A stretch of 63,432 bases of DNA, the filler included. It is 7 parts of 7 records of this genome, joined end to end, with 100 filler letters (N's around TTAATTAATTAA, not from the genome) between each part and the next. Parts side by side here need not be neighbours in the genome. Positions count along the whole stretch, not along the records: positions 14,007 to 39,746 come from SRR20825010_5460; 6 more parts are not named here. One strand, written 5' to 3'. The notes beneath the pieces are model-generated. The model saw only the letters and a list, made by a program, of their open reading frames with translations, was not told where the DNA came from and did no database searches. A program made the position numbers and the translations under genes. Below are positions 21,204 to 32,427 of the stretch, piece by piece. Within the stretch, counting starts at the first letter, position 1, and each line of letters starts with the position of its first letter.

Positions 21204-22553
21204 TCACAACCGCATCAGGTCGTTGTAAAGTGCGAACACCATTAATGTAAGGATCATTGCCATTCCAATACGCAGTCCGAACGCCTGGGCCTGCTCTGAT
21301 AGAGGCTTCCGGCGGATGGCTTCAATGGTGTAATAGACAATATGCCCACCATCAAGAACCGGTATTGGCAGAAGGTTCAGCACCCCAAGACTGACACTGA
21401 GGTAGGCAAGAAAACGAATAAAGTCTTCGAAACCGGAACTTACACTGGCTTCCGCTATCCTGGCAATGGTAATCGGGCCACTAAGGTTAGTGGGAGAAAG
21501 CAATCCGGTCACCATTTTTTTGATCGCGACCAGGGTCAATCGAGTGTCACCCCAGGTTTCGGAAACCGCGTTGGGAATCGCTGCCAGGGGACCATAACTG
21601 ACATCCCTGAGTACGTGATCAGGCCAGGTCACCTCGCTGACACCCGCACCCACAAAACCGGTAACACTGCCATCGTCTGCCGTTCTTTCCGCGGGCGTCA
21701 CACGGATTTGTTCCATGCGGCCATCGCGTTCGACCGTTAGCTCCAGGGGCTTTTCGGGCGCCTCGCGTATGAAAGCCACCAGTTCGAACCAGTCCGCTAC
21801 TGGCTTGCCGTCCACCTCAACCACTCGGTCGCCGGATTTCAACCCGCCGGCCTCAGCCCGGCCACCCGGTGATATCTCCCCCAGCACTGCCGGTACGTCG
21901 GGCCGCCAGGGCGTCACACCAAACTCATTCAACGGGTTCGGCGTGTCCTCACTTAGACTCCAGCCATCCAGAGCTCCCCGCAGAGTCCCGCGGTTACCGT
22001 TCTGCGAGACATCGATGGTTACCTCACCAAACTCACCCGTGCGCTCAAGCAAGCGCATGTTCACGTCGCGCCAGGATGTCACACGACGGCCGTCGACCTG
22101 GTGGATTTCCATGCCGCTGGTGAGCCCGACCCGTTCCGCGACACTCCCCTGACTGACGTCGCCTACAATGGGCGCAACCGTGGTGAAACCAACCACGCTG
22201 AGCAGCCAGTAGGCAGCAATGGCAAACAGGAAATTCGCTATGGGCCCAGCGGCAGCAATAGCGATACGTTTCGATGGGGGCTTGGCATTGAACGCCTGAT
22301 CCTTGAGCTCTTCGGGCACCGGCCCTTCCCGCTCATCCAGCATTTTCACGTAGCCACCGAGAGGGATCGCCGCAACCGCAAACTCGGTGCCCTGCCGGTC
22401 GTACCACGAAAACAGAGGCTTCCCGAAACCAACAGAAAACCGCAAAACCTTGACACCGCAGCGGCGAGCCACCCAAAAGTGACCAGCTTCATGGAGCGTC
22501 ACCAGAATGCCCAGCGTGAGTATCAACGCCAATACGGTTTCAACGATCTGCAT
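21204..22553 (-). CDS. rseP: RIP metalloprotease
   Basis: HEAGH, two PDZ domains, NLLPIPVLDGG. Confidence 0.97.
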   Translation of the reverse strand: MQIVETVLALILTLGILVTLHEAGHFWVARRCGVKVLRFSVGFGKPLFSWYDRQGTEFAVAAIPLGGYVKMLDEREGPVPEELKDQAFNAKPPSKRIAIAAAGPIANFLFAIAAYWLLSVVGFTTVAPIVGDVSQGSVAERVGLTSGMEIHQVDGRRVTSWRDVNMRLLERTGEFGEVTIDVSQNGNRGTLRGALDGWSLSEDTPNPLNEFGVTPWRPDVPAVLGEISPGGRAEAGGLKSGDRVVEVDGKPVADWFELVAFIREAPEKPLELTVERDGRMEQIRVTPAERTADDGSVTGFVGAGVSEVTWPDHVLRDVSYGPLAAIPNAVSETWGDTRLTLVAIKKMVTGLLSPTNLSGPITIARIAEASVSSGFEDFIRFLAYLSVSLGVLNLLPIPVLDGGHIVYYTIEAIRRKPLSEQAQAFGLRIGMAMILTLMVFALYNDLMRL

Positions 22554-22602
22554 AATGCTCTCTGTTGGTGATGATAGAACCGCCTCTCAGGACTCGCATG
22601 GT

Positions 22603-23796
22603 TCAGACAGCCAGCGCCTGTATCTGTTCCCGTGCGACAGCCCTGCCCTCGGCATCCTTCGCGAAGATGGTATCGAAACTGTCTGCCGGTACAACCTCGG
22701 TGGCTGCCAACGTACGCTCTATGATAAGGGGGATATCCGCAAAACACAGGTTACCGGAAAGAAAGGCCGACACAGCCTCTTCGTTCGCAGCATTCATTAC
22801 CGCTGGTGCCGTTCCACCCTCGTGGAACGCCTCCGCTGCTAACCTCAGGCACGGAAAGCGCTCCAGGTCCGGGCGCTCAAAGTGAAACTGCCCGATGCGA
22901 AACAGATCCAGCGGAGCAACACCGGCTTCAATTCTTTCGGGCCACGCGAGACCGTTAGCAATGGGTGTGCGCATGTCGGGACTACCAAGCTGCGCCAGAA
23001 CGGACCCATCGGCGTACTCAACCATCGAATGAATGATGCTCTCCGGGTGGACATGCACTTCAATCATTTCCGGCGTGGTATTGAACAGCCAGCATGCTTC
23101 TATCAGCTCCAGCCCCTTGTTCATCAAGGTCGCGGAATCGACTGAGATCTTCTGCCCCATCGACCAGTTGGGGTGATTGCAGGCCTCGGCAGGCAGCACA
23201 TTGCGCAGGGATTCGGCCGAGTGAGTACGAAACGGCCCACCGGAGGCAGTAAGCAGAATGCGAGTAATACCCGCACCACGGGTATCCCGGATCTTGTCCG
23301 GCGGCATACATTGGAAGATGGCGTTATGTTCACTGTCGATCGGCAGAACGTCTGCACCCGACGCCAGAACGGCATCCATAAACAGCTTGCCCGACATAAC
23401 CAGTGCTTCCTTGTTGGCAAGCAAAACGCGCTTACCCGCCCTCACTGCAGCAAGCGTAGGCGGTAATCCCACGGCTCCAACGATCGCCGCCATAACCGTA
23501 TCGGAATCATCATCGCCCGCAACCTGGCATAACGCTTCCGAGCCGCCGAGAACCAGGACGGCAGGCAAATCACTTAACGCACGGGACAACGCTTCAGCCG
23601 CATTTTCATCGGCCATGACCGCATACCTCGGACGAAACTCATGGCAGAGTTCCACCATGCTGTCGACACTGGTACTGGCGGTTAGCGCTGAAACCGAAAA
23701 CCGGTCCGGGTGGCGACGAATCACATCGAGTGTACTCAGGCCAATGGAGCCCGTCGCACCAAGTATCGAAACACGACGTTTCACAATAGTCACCAT
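22603..23796 (-). CDS. dxr: 1-deoxy-D-xylulose-5-phosphate reductoisomerase; start uncertain
   Basis: [22 protein letters not shown]. Confidence 0.97.
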   Translation of the reverse strand: MVTIVKRRVSILGATGSIGLSTLDVIRRHPDRFSVSALTASTSVDSMVELCHEFRPRYAVMADENAAEALSRALSDLPAVLVLGGSEALCQVAGDDDSDTVMAAIVGAVGLPPTLAAVRAGKRVLLANKEALVMSGKLFMDAVLASGADVLPIDSEHNAIFQCMPPDKIRDTRGAGITRILLTASGGPFRTHSAESLRNVLPAEACNHPNWSMGQKISVDSATLMNKGLELIEACWLFNTTPEMIEVHVHPESIIHSMVEYADGSVLAQLGSPDMRTPIANGLAWPERIEAGVAPLDLFRIGQFHFERPDLERFPCLRLAAEAFHEGGTAPAVMNAANEEAVSAFLSGNLCFADIPLIIERTLAATEVVPADSFDTIFAKDAEGRAVAREQIQALAV

Positions 23797-24629
23797 TGCC
23801 CCGTCGTCAACCAACCCATCAGCGTGATGATCAGGGCGAACACCGGGATGGCAGCCGTCAGGCTGTCGATTCTGTCCATGATACCGCCATGGCCCGGCAA
23901 TAGCTGACTGCTATCCTTAATACCCCTGAAACGTTTCAGCATGCTTTCCAGCAGATCGCCAAGCACGGAAACGGCACCGGTAATCAGGCTGGCAACAACC
24001 AGAAGCAGCAACTGCATGGTGGTGGCTGAGGCCAGCACACTGATCACAATTGCGAAGATCGCGACCGCCACCAGACCACCCCAGACACCCGCCCAGGATT
24101 TTCCCGGACTGACCCTGGGTGCAAGCTTCGCTTTGCCAAACGCACGGCCGGCAAAATAGGCGCCGATATCCGCGACCCAGACCACGCAGAAAACATAAAG
24201 AATCAGTAGGAGGTTATTGGCACTGTCGCCGAACTGAAAGCCGCCAGTGCGAAGATGGTTAAGCCCTACCCACGCGGGAACCAGCACCAACAGGCCCATC
24301 AGGGCACGGGCAGGCACGCCGCCCCAGCGCTCTGAACCGCCGGGGTAGTTTCTTACCAGCAGGAAACTCAGTACCCACCAGAACAATGCCAGCCAAAGCA
24401 CCGCAACTGCCGGAACGTTCAGCAGTCCGTACAGCACCGCCGCGACCACAAGGGCATATACAACACGGGCCGCGGGCGCAGTCAGGCCGGACATGTTGGC
24501 CCACTCCCAGGCACCAACGGTAATAATGGCCCCGGTAAACAGGGCGAACCCCAGGGGCGGCAGGAAGAAAATTCCGCCAATCGCGATGGGGGCCAGGATA
24601 AGCGCGGTAATAATACGGGTTTTAAGCAC
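23790..24629 (-). CDS. cdsA: Phosphatidate cytidylyltransferase
   Basis: [27 protein letters not shown]. Confidence 0.97.
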   Translation of the reverse strand: MLKTRIITALILAPIAIGGIFFLPPLGFALFTGAIITVGAWEWANMSGLTAPAARVVYALVVAAVLYGLLNVPAVAVLWLALFWWVLSFLLVRNYPGGSERWGGVPARALMGLLVLVPAWVGLNHLRTGGFQFGDSANNLLLILYVFCVVWVADIGAYFAGRAFGKAKLAPRVSPGKSWAGVWGGLVAVAIFAIVISVLASATTMQLLLLVVASLITGAVSVLGDLLESMLKRFRGIKDSSQLLPGHGGIMDRIDSLTAAIPVFALIITLMGWLTTGQW

Positions 24630-24651
24630 GATATCGTTCGCTATCTTGTCG

Positions 24652-25422
24652 TTATTGTTCTGACGAAACGCTGGCTATCTGGTCGTCTGTCTGACCAAAA
24701 CGGCGTTTCCGACCCGCATATGCCTGCAACGCCTGCCCCATTTCCTGCGCCTGGAAATCGGGCCAGTAAACGGGAGAAAAATACAGTTCGGTATAGGCCA
24801 GGTGCCAGAGCATGAAGTTGCTGATGCGTTGCTCGCCAGCCGTACGAATCATCAGGTCCGGCATGGGCAAGTCACCAATAGACAGATGTTGCTGAATAAG
24901 GTCATCGGTGATGTCGGAGGGCGCCAGCTCTCCAGAACGGACCTTCTCAGCCACTTTACGACTGGCTTGGGTGATATCCCAATGCCCGCCATAATTAGCG
25001 GCGATAACCAGCGTCATCCGGGTATTGTCGCGAGTAAGCGCCTCGGCGCGCTCCATATGTTCCTGCAGGTTTGTACTAAACGCGGAGCGATCGCCGATAA
25101 TGCGCAGGCAGATGTCGTTGCGGTGCAACTTTTTGACTTCCCGCTCCAACGCAAACAGGAACAGGCGCATCAGGGCCGACACTTCATCCTCGGGACGGCG
25201 CCAGTTCTCGCTGGAAAACGCAAACAGGGTAAGTACCTCCACCCCTTCCCGGGCACAGGTTTCAACCACTGATCTCACTGCTTTCACGCCGGCCTTGTGG
25301 CCGGCGACACCTTTCAGTCGCCGGGCTTTGGCCCAGCGATTGTTACCATCCATGATAATGGCCACATGCCGGGGCCGGCTACCAGCCGAAACCGGAATCT
25401 CTGCGGATACACTTTCCGTCAT
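24652..25422 (-). CDS. uppS: Undecaprenyl diphosphate synthase
   Basis: IMDGNNRW, FSSENWRR, RISNF. Confidence 0.97.
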   Translation of the reverse strand: MTESVSAEIPVSAGSRPRHVAIIMDGNNRWAKARRLKGVAGHKAGVKAVRSVVETCAREGVEVLTLFAFSSENWRRPEDEVSALMRLFLFALEREVKKLHRNDICLRIIGDRSAFSTNLQEHMERAEALTRDNTRMTLVIAANYGGHWDITQASRKVAEKVRSGELAPSDITDDLIQQHLSIGDLPMPDLMIRTAGEQRISNFMLWHLAYTELYFSPVYWPDFQAQEMGQALQAYAGRKRRFGQTDDQIASVSSEQ

Positions 25423-25497
25423 GCAATCCCCTGTTCAGCCGATACCGGACAACTGCAATGGCACCGGCTGATCATTGTGCTGAATTGGACCGGCTGA

Positions 25498-26055
25498 TCA
25501 GACAGCCATCAGGTCCTCTTCCTTGGCCTTGAGCTGCTTCTCGATCTCAGCGATATAACGGTCAGTCAACTTCTGGATTTCTTCCTCACCGTAACGCTCT
25601 TCGTCTTCGTTGATGTCTTTTTCCTTCAGCAGCTCTTTCAGCGTGCTGTTGGCATCACGACGCGCGTTGCGGACGGAAACCTTGCCGTGCTCCGCATCAG
25701 CCCTGGCCTGCTTGACCATTTCCTTACGGGTTTCCTCGGTCAGCATCGGCATGGGAATTCGAATAACCTCACCGTTGTTGGACGGGTTCAGACCCAGATC
25801 CGACATCATGATCGCTTTTTCGATCTTCGGTAACAGCGGCTTTTCCCAAGGCGACACAGCCAACGTACGGTTATCCTCAACGTTCACGCTCGCCACCTGC
25901 TTGAGCGGTGTCTCCTGGCCGTAGTAATCCACGGTTACGCTGTCCAGGATGGACGGATGTGCTCGCCCGGTACGGATCTTGTTGAAAGCCCAGCTCAGGG
26001 ATTCAAGGCTTTTCTTCATCTTCTTTTCAGCATCAGCTTTAATATCGTCAATCAC
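25498..26055 (-). CDS. frr: Ribosome recycling factor (GTG start)
   Basis: IRTGRAHP, RNARRD; GAGGA RBS. Confidence 0.97.
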   Translation of the reverse strand: MIDDIKADAEKKMKKSLESLSWAFNKIRTGRAHPSILDSVTVDYYGQETPLKQVASVNVEDNRTLAVSPWEKPLLPKIEKAIMMSDLGLNPSNNGEVIRIPMPMLTEETRKEMVKQARADAEHGKVSVRNARRDANSTLKELLKEKDINEDEERYGEEEIQKLTDRYIAEIEKQLKAKEEDLMAV

Positions 26056-26097
26056 TGCAGCGTCCTCGGATTCGTTGTACAAAATGTCTCAATCAGA

Positions 26098-26826
26098 TTA
26101 TTCAATCAGTGTGCCTTCCGACTCTCCGGTCACGATACGGGTCAACGCGCCAGAGCGGTTCATGTCGAAGACCCGGAGAGGCATGCCATGATCTCGCGCA
26201 AGGCATATAGCGGTCAGATCCATCACGCCCAGCTTTTTGTCCAGCACTTCGTCATAGGTGAGACGATCGTATTTTTCCGCAGTCGGATCCTTATAGGGAT
26301 CGGCGGAATAAACGCCATCAACCTTGGTTGCCTTCAGCACGGCATCCGCTTCAATTTCGATCCCCCGCAAACAAGCGGCTGAGTCGGTCGTAAAGAACGG
26401 GTTACCGGTGCCTGCACAGAAAATCACCACATCGCCGTCTTTCAGGTCGCGTACCGCCCGGCGGCGATCATAATGCTCAACAATACCACTCATAGGGATG
26501 GCGGACATAACCCGGGTACGGATATTGGATCGCTCCAGGGCGTCACGCATGGCCAGTCCATTCATGACCGTTGCCAGCATGCCCATATGGTCGCCGGTCA
26601 CCCTGTCCATGCCAGCGGCGTTCAACGCCGCACCGCGAAACAGATTGCCGCCGCCAACGACCAGGCCGACCTGAACACCAATGCCAATGAGCGAACCAAT
26701 ATCCAATGCCATCCGATCAAGCACTTTTGGATCAATGCCAAAATCGTGCTCGCCCATCAAGGCTTCACCACTGAGTTTGAGCAGGACGCGTTTGTATCTG
26801 GGCTGGGTATTGGACGACTTCGGCAT
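26098..26826 (-). CDS. pyrH: UMP kinase
   Basis: [27 protein letters not shown]. Confidence 0.97.
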   Translation of the reverse strand: MPKSSNTQPRYKRVLLKLSGEALMGEHDFGIDPKVLDRMALDIGSLIGIGVQVGLVVGGGNLFRGAALNAAGMDRVTGDHMGMLATVMNGLAMRDALERSNIRTRVMSAIPMSGIVEHYDRRRAVRDLKDGDVVIFCAGTGNPFFTTDSAACLRGIEIEADAVLKATKVDGVYSADPYKDPTAEKYDRLTYDEVLDKKLGVMDLTAICLARDHGMPLRVFDMNRSGALTRIVTGESEGTLIE

Positions 26827-27012
26827 GAGGATCCCCTTCTATGTGTCTGGCTTGGTGCCTGGCAGGACAAGCTTCTCAGGCTTGTATCTGACATACTCCT
26901 CAATAAAAAGGGGTATCTCAGATACAAGCCCGCCACGAGAACCGGAAAATTCCGGCTAACGTGGCAGACTTGGAAGGTGCCCCGGACATCGCCCTGGCAC
27001 CTGTCAGAAGGA

Positions 27013-27882
27013 TCAGGACTTGCCGGTACCTGCCGCCGCAGCGACCTCTGCCGCAAAATCCACTTCTTCCTTCTCGATACCTTCACCGACTTCCAGGCGA
27101 ACAAAGCTAACCAGCTCACCGCCGTTGTCCTTAATCAGCTGACCCACGCTTTGGTCAGGATTCTTGACGAACGGCTGCTCGACCAGGCTGTTCTCCGCCA
27201 GGAATTTCTTGATCCGGCCACCCATCATCTTTTCGACGATTTCAGCAGGCTTGCCTTCCATATCAGGCTGGGCCTTGATGACCGCTTTTTCTTTCTCAAG
27301 CTCGTCGGCCGGCATGTCTTCCGGCTTGCCAACCCGCGGGTTAACAGCGGCAACGTGCATGGCAACGTCCCGAGCAACTTCAGCGCTGCCTGCGGTGAGG
27401 GCCACAACAGACGCAATCTTGTTGGTGCTGTGAACGTAAGCACCCACAACCGGGCCTTCCACCCGTACGATACGACGAACGGTGATGTTCTCGCCGATCT
27501 TCTGAACCAGCGCTTCACGCTTGGCTTCCAGATCGCCTTCCATCAGTTCGGCAACGTCTGTTTTGCTGTTCTCAAACGCAACATTCAGAACGTCGTTGGC
27601 GAAATTCATGAAGTTGTCATCACGAGCAACAAAATCAGTCTCGGAGTTCACTTCCAGGATGTAAGCGACAGTGTTGTCGTCAGACACCTTGATCAGGGAA
27701 ACACCTTCAGCAGCGGTACGACCCGCCTTCTTGGCAGCCTTCAGGCCGGAAGACTTACGCAGCTCTTCAATTGCGGCATCAACGCTTCCGCCAGCTTCCA
27801 CCAATGCCTTTTTGCATTCCATCATGCCAAGGCCGGTGCGCTCACGAAGCTCTTTGACCATTGCAGCAGTAATTGCAGCCAT
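27013..27882 (-). CDS. tsf: Elongation factor Ts
   Basis: [26 protein letters not shown]. Confidence 0.98.
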   Translation of the reverse strand: MAAITAAMVKELRERTGLGMMECKKALVEAGGSVDAAIEELRKSSGLKAAKKAGRTAAEGVSLIKVSDDNTVAYILEVNSETDFVARDDNFMNFANDVLNVAFENSKTDVAELMEGDLEAKREALVQKIGENITVRRIVRVEGPVVGAYVHSTNKIASVVALTAGSAEVARDVAMHVAAVNPRVGKPEDMPADELEKEKAVIKAQPDMEGKPAEIVEKMMGGRIKKFLAENSLVEQPFVKNPDQSVGQLIKDNGGELVSFVRLEVGEGIEKEEVDFAAEVAAAAGTGKS

Positions 27883-27916
27883 GTTCATTCCTCTTAACTG
27901 TTCCGAATTCTGGACC

Positions 27917-27947
27917 GGTGTGCCCGGAGGTAAACCACGGGCACACC
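27917..27947. terminator. Hairpin between rpsB and tsf (attenuator-like or stabilising)
   Basis: 10-bp stem GGTGTGCCCG/CGGGCACACC; no strong U-tract. Confidence 0.5.
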
Positions 27948-27972
27948 CTACAACCTGTTCGCGAAGGAACTA

Positions 27973-28725
27973 TTACTCCGCAGCGGGAGCAGCACCTTCC
28001 GCGTCTTCGCTGACTTCTACAAACTCGTCAGCGCCGGCACCGGCAGACTGGGCCGCTTCGATGCAGGTTTCAGCAACGGCCTGCACGTAAATCTGGATCG
28101 CGCGGATGGCATCGTCGTTGCCCGGAATCACGTAATCAACGCCGTCAGGGTCGCTGTTGGTATCAACAACGCCGATCACAGGAATGCCCAGCTTGTTGGC
28201 TTCCTTGATGGCGATACGCTCGTGGTCAACATCGATCACGAACATGGCGTCCGGCAGGCCACCCATGTCCTTGATACCGCCGATGGAACGCTCAAGACGG
28301 TCCATTTCGCGGGTACGATCCAGAGCTTCTTTCTTGGTCAGCTTGTCGAACGTACCGTCCTGGCTCTGTGCTTCCAGGTCGCGATAGCGACGGATTGACT
28401 GGCGAATGGTCTTGTAGTTGGTCAGCATGCCGCCCAACCAGCGATGGTTCACGTATGGCTGACTGGAGCGCAGTGCTTCTTCCTTGATGATCTTGGCCGC
28501 CGCACGCTTGGTGCCAACGAACAGGATCTTGTTCTTGTTGCCCGCGAGGTTATGAACGAAGTTCAACGCATCGTTCATGGCAGGAACAGTCTGCTCAAGG
28601 TTGATGATATGAATCTTGTTGCGAGCGCCGAAGATGAACTTCGACATTTTCGGGTTCCAGTAACGAGTCTGGTGACCGAAGTGGGCGCCTGCTTTCAGCA
28701 GGTCACGCATATTTACCTGAGCCAT
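27973..28725 (-). CDS. rpsB: 30S ribosomal protein S2
   Basis: [32 protein letters not shown]. Confidence 0.98.
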   Translation of the reverse strand: MAQVNMRDLLKAGAHFGHQTRYWNPKMSKFIFGARNKIHIINLEQTVPAMNDALNFVHNLAGNKNKILFVGTKRAAAKIIKEEALRSSQPYVNHRWLGGMLTNYKTIRQSIRRYRDLEAQSQDGTFDKLTKKEALDRTREMDRLERSIGGIKDMGGLPDAMFVIDVDHERIAIKEANKLGIPVIGVVDTNSDPDGVDYVIPGNDDAIRAIQIYVQAVAETCIEAAQSAGAGADEFVEVSEDAEGAAPAAE

Positions 28726-28744
28726 GATATTTACCTTTTTAGCT

Positions 28745-28850
28745 TCGGGTTAGTCCTCCACACGTCCGATTGCCCCAACCTGGCTCCGTCGCCTTTATAT
28801 AGAGACAACATGAGCAGGCACCCTGGGACAACGTGCCGACGTGTGTGCGA
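28745..28850 (-). ncRNA. rpsB 5' leader (t44 / S2 autoregulatory RNA)
   Basis: CACACACGTCGGCAC...GGGTGCC...GTGGAGG.CTAACCC matches the conserved gammaproteobacterial rpsB leader blocks. Confidence 0.85.
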
Positions 28851-28870
28851 ATTTGCCGGATTTGTTTCCA

Positions 28871-28888
28871 GCGGGCGCGTTTATACCA
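28871..28888 (-). promoter_or_regulatory. rpsB extended -10 promoter with GC-rich discriminator
   Basis: TGGTATAAA followed by CGCGCCCGC on the minus strand. Confidence 0.75.
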
Positions 28889-28950
28889 TAAATCGCCCGC
28901 CGGATTCCATTAATTTGTGTCCCGGAAAGCACGGCAAAACCGCCTCTTCC

Positions 28951-28979
28951 TTGTACCGGGCAACACTCCCCCTTAAAAT
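28951..28979 (+). promoter_or_regulatory. Candidate sigma70 promoter for map-glnD
   Basis: TTGTAC-17 nt-TAAAAT. Confidence 0.5.
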
Positions 28980-29010
28980 GCGTGTTTGATCCAAATCAAC
29001 GGGAACCCCA

Positions 29011-29781
29011 ATGCAGGTATCGATCAAGACTCCGGAAGAAATCGAGAAGATGCGTGTCGCTGGCCGCCTGGCGGCCGAAGTTCTTGAGATGATTGGCGAA
29101 CACGTCAAACCGGGCGTAACAACCGAGAAGCTCGACAGTATTTGCCACGCTTATATGGTGGACGAGCAAAAGACCATTCCGGCGCCGCTGAACTACAAGG
29201 GTTTCCCGAAATCGGTATGCACCTCAGTGAATCATGTGGTCTGCCACGGCATCCCGAACGAGAAAAAGGTGCTGAAGGACGGTGACATCGTCAATATCGA
29301 CGTCACGGTAATCAAAGACGGATGGCACGGTGATACCAGCAAGATGTTCATCGTCGGCAAGCCCAAGCCCGGCAGCGAACGCCTGATCCAGATCACCCAG
29401 GAGTGTCTGTATAAAGGTATTGAACTGGTGAAGCCTGGCGCCCGGCTGGGCGACATTGGTCACGTGATCCAGCAGCATGCTGAGAAGCATCGCTATTCTG
29501 TGGTCCGGGACTATTGCGGCCACGGCATTGGAAAGGTGTTTCACGAAGACCCTCAGGTGATGCACTACGGCAAGCCCGGCACCGGGATGGAACTGCAGGA
29601 AGGCATGACCTTTACCATCGAACCGATGATTAACCAGGGAAAGTACCACACCAAGCTGCTGCCGGATGGCTGGACCGTGGTGACCAAGGATCATAAGCTC
29701 TCCGCGCAATGGGAGCACACTATCCTGGTGACATCGGACGGCTACGAAGTACTGACCAAGCGCACGGAAGAGTCATTCTAG
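29011..29781 (+). CDS. map: Methionine aminopeptidase
   Basis: VCHGIP, HGDTS, GHGIG, FTIEPM, QWEHT. Confidence 0.98.
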   Translation: MQVSIKTPEEIEKMRVAGRLAAEVLEMIGEHVKPGVTTEKLDSICHAYMVDEQKTIPAPLNYKGFPKSVCTSVNHVVCHGIPNEKKVLKDGDIVNIDVTVIKDGWHGDTSKMFIVGKPKPGSERLIQITQECLYKGIELVKPGARLGDIGHVIQQHAEKHRYSVVRDYCGHGIGKVFHEDPQVMHYGKPGTGMELQEGMTFTIEPMINQGKYHTKLLPDGWTVVTKDHKLSAQWEHTILVTSDGYEVLTKRTEESF

Positions 29782-32427
29782 GTGGACCTCAGCGAACTGG
29801 AATCCAGGATAAGCAACGACATCTCACCTGTTGTAGCAGCCCGGGAGCTGTTGAAGGAACGCTACAACGCAGACGCAGAAGCGTTCCGGCAGGGAGCTGA
29901 TGTTCGCGCACTGGTCCATTCCCGGTCCGGAACCCTGGATACCGTTCTTGCCCTGATCTGGAACCGCTACGCCTTTGCCGCCTCTGCCGATATCTCTCTC
30001 GTTGCAGTCGGCGGCTATGGCCGGGGAGAGCTTCACCCTCACTCCGATATTGATCTGTTGATCCTCACCCGGAGCGGTATAGAAGAGAACTGGCAGGAAG
30101 ACCTTGGCGCCTTCATAACACTCCTGTGGGACCTGAAGCTGGATATCGGCCACAGCGTCCGCAGCATTCAGGAAAGCATGGATGCCGCCAGAGAAGACGT
30201 CACGATTCTCACCAACCTGTTGGAAACCCGCACCATCGCCGGCCCGGATGACTTACGCGACGAACTCAGTCATCAGGTTTATTCAGACGCCATCAGCTCT
30301 GACCGCGATTACTTCATCGCCAAACGGGAAGAGCAAAAGCAGCGCCACGCGAAATACGGGGACACGGAGTACAACCTTGAGCCCAATGTAAAAGGCTCTC
30401 CAGGCGCGCTGCGGGATATACAGACCATCGGCTGGATTACCAAGCGACACTTCGGCCTGCAGAATATCGCGGATCTGACACGCTTCAGCATCCTGACCGA
30501 AGAAGAGCACCGGATACTATTGCAGGGCGAAACCTTCCTGTGGCGACTTCGCTTCGGCCTGCAGCTGATTGCCGACCGCAACGAGAATCGCCTCCTGTTT
30601 GACCATCAACGGGCACTCGCCCAGATGTTGGGTTACAAGGATGAGGGCAAGCGGCTGGGCGTCGAGTTGATGATGCAGTCCTACTACCGCACCGTGCTGG
30701 CCCTGGCGGAGCTGACCGACGTTATTCTTCAGTACTACGACGAGGCCATCCTCGGCGCCGGAAGTGACGACGACATCCTGCCCCTGAACAAGCGCTTCCA
30801 GATTCGCAACTACTACATTGAAGCCGTCAACAATCAGGTCTTCGCCTACGCGCCCTATGCCATCATGGAAATATTCGTTCTGATGGCGCAGCATCCGGAG
30901 ATCAAGGGCATCCGCGCCACCACCATCCGCTCACTGCGGGCGCACCGCCACCTGATTGACGACGCTTTCCGCTCGGATCTGGCCGTTACATCCCTGTTCA
31001 TGGAACTGCTGCGGACGCCCCACGCCCTCGACCAGACCCTGTCGGCTATGAAGAAATACAACGTGCTGGGCCGCTACCTCCCCGAATTTGGCCAGATCAT
31101 CGGCCAGATGCAGCACGACCTGTTCCACATCTACACCGTGGACGCCCACACCATGCGGGTGATCCGCAACATGGTGCGGCTGGACAGCGCCGACGCCCGC
31201 AATGAATACCCGTTGGCATCCCGACTGATTCACAGGCTACCAAAACTCGAAACCCTGTATATTGCGGGCCTCTATCATGATGTGGCCAAAGGCCGGGGTG
31301 GCGATCACTCAGAGCTGGGCGCAATTGATGTCGAGAGCTTCTGCGAACGCCATCACCTCAGCGAGCGGGACACCCAACTGGCCTCCTGGCTGGTGGAAAA
31401 TCATTTGCTGATGTCGATGACCGCCCAGCGCAAGGACATCTCCGACCCGGACATCATTCACGGCTTTGCCCGCGCCGTGCCCAGCCAGGTGCACCTGGAC
31501 TACCTTTACGTGCTGACGGTGTGCGATATCAGCGCCACCAACCCAAAGCTTTGGAACACCTGGCGCGCCTCGCTGTTGCGTCAGCTTTACATCGAGACCA
31601 AGCGGGCACTCAGACGCGGCTCGGAAACGCCGGTAGACCGTCAGGAATGGGTGCGCGCCACTCAGTCCGAGGCACGGGAGATTCTCCACGCCCAGAATAT
31701 GACGGACGAACAGATCGACAGAATCTGGGAAACTCTGGACGAAGACTACTTCCTGCAGGATTCCACGGTAGACATTGCCTGGCAGACCGCTGCCATCATC
31801 CGCCATGGCGATGATCCCGACCCGCTGGTGCTGATTCGTGACACCCGGGGCGGCCCTACTGACGGCTACTCCCAGATCATCATTTATATGAGTGACCGTA
31901 TTGACCTGTTCGCGGCCACCACGGCGGTGCTGGAACAACTTAACCTCAACATCGTCGATGCTCGCATCAGCTCAAGCGAAGGCCCCTTCTCCATCAGTTC
32001 CTACATTGTTCTGGACGAGAAAGGCAAACCCCTGGGCATTGACCCGGCCCGCAAGGATCGGGTTCGCATGCGCCTGATTGAGGAACTGGATGACCCGGAA
32101 GATTACCCTGACATCATCCACCGCCGCACTCCCAGACAGCTGAAGCACTTTGCCTTCCCCACGGAAGTGACCTTCTCCAATGACACCATCAACCAGCGCA
32201 CGGTGATGGAAGTGATCACACCGGACCGCCCGGGGTTGCTGGCCCGCGTTGGACAGGTATTGTTGGAGCATCGCGTGCGGCTAACCAACGCCAAGATTGC
32301 GACGCTGGGTGAACGGGTGGAAGACGTATTCTTTGTAACCGACGAGCACGGCGAGCAGATCAGCGACCCCGCAGTCTGCCAGGCCCTGCAGCAGGATCTT
32401 TGCCAAATGCTGGATGACACCCAATGA
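29782..32427 (+). CDS. glnD: PII uridylyltransferase/uridylyl-removing enzyme
   Basis: GGYGRGELHPHSDID, HD domain (YHDVAKG), two ACT domains. Confidence 0.97.
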   Translation: MDLSELESRISNDISPVVAARELLKERYNADAEAFRQGADVRALVHSRSGTLDTVLALIWNRYAFAASADISLVAVGGYGRGELHPHSDIDLLILTRSGIEENWQEDLGAFITLLWDLKLDIGHSVRSIQESMDAAREDVTILTNLLETRTIAGPDDLRDELSHQVYSDAISSDRDYFIAKREEQKQRHAKYGDTEYNLEPNVKGSPGALRDIQTIGWITKRHFGLQNIADLTRFSILTEEEHRILLQGETFLWRLRFGLQLIADRNENRLLFDHQRALAQMLGYKDEGKRLGVELMMQSYYRTVLALAELTDVILQYYDEAILGAGSDDDILPLNKRFQIRNYYIEAVNNQVFAYAPYAIMEIFVLMAQHPEIKGIRATTIRSLRAHRHLIDDAFRSDLAVTSLFMELLRTPHALDQTLSAMKKYNVLGRYLPEFGQIIGQMQHDLFHIYTVDAHTMRVIRNMVRLDSADARNEYPLASRLIHRLPKLETLYIAGLYHDVAKGRGGDHSELGAIDVESFCERHHLSERDTQLASWLVENHLLMSMTAQRKDISDPDIIHGFARAVPSQVHLDYLYVLTVCDISATNPKLWNTWRASLLRQLYIETKRALRRGSETPVDRQEWVRATQSEAREILHAQNMTDEQIDRIWETLDEDYFLQDSTVDIAWQTAAIIRHGDDPDPLVLIRDTRGGPTDGYSQIIIYMSDRIDLFAATTAVLEQLNLNIVDARISSSEGPFSISSYIVLDEKGKPLGIDPARKDRVRMRLIEELDDPEDYPDIIHRRTPRQLKHFAFPTEVTFSNDTINQRTVMEVITPDRPGLLARVGQVLLEHRVRLTNAKIATLGERVEDVFFVTDEHGEQISDPAVCQALQQDLCQMLDDTQ

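Noticed and set aside
26473..27897. 474-aa plus-strand ORF antisense to tsf and pyrH
   Set aside because: Shadow ORF of strongly codon-biased genes; no recognisable motifs
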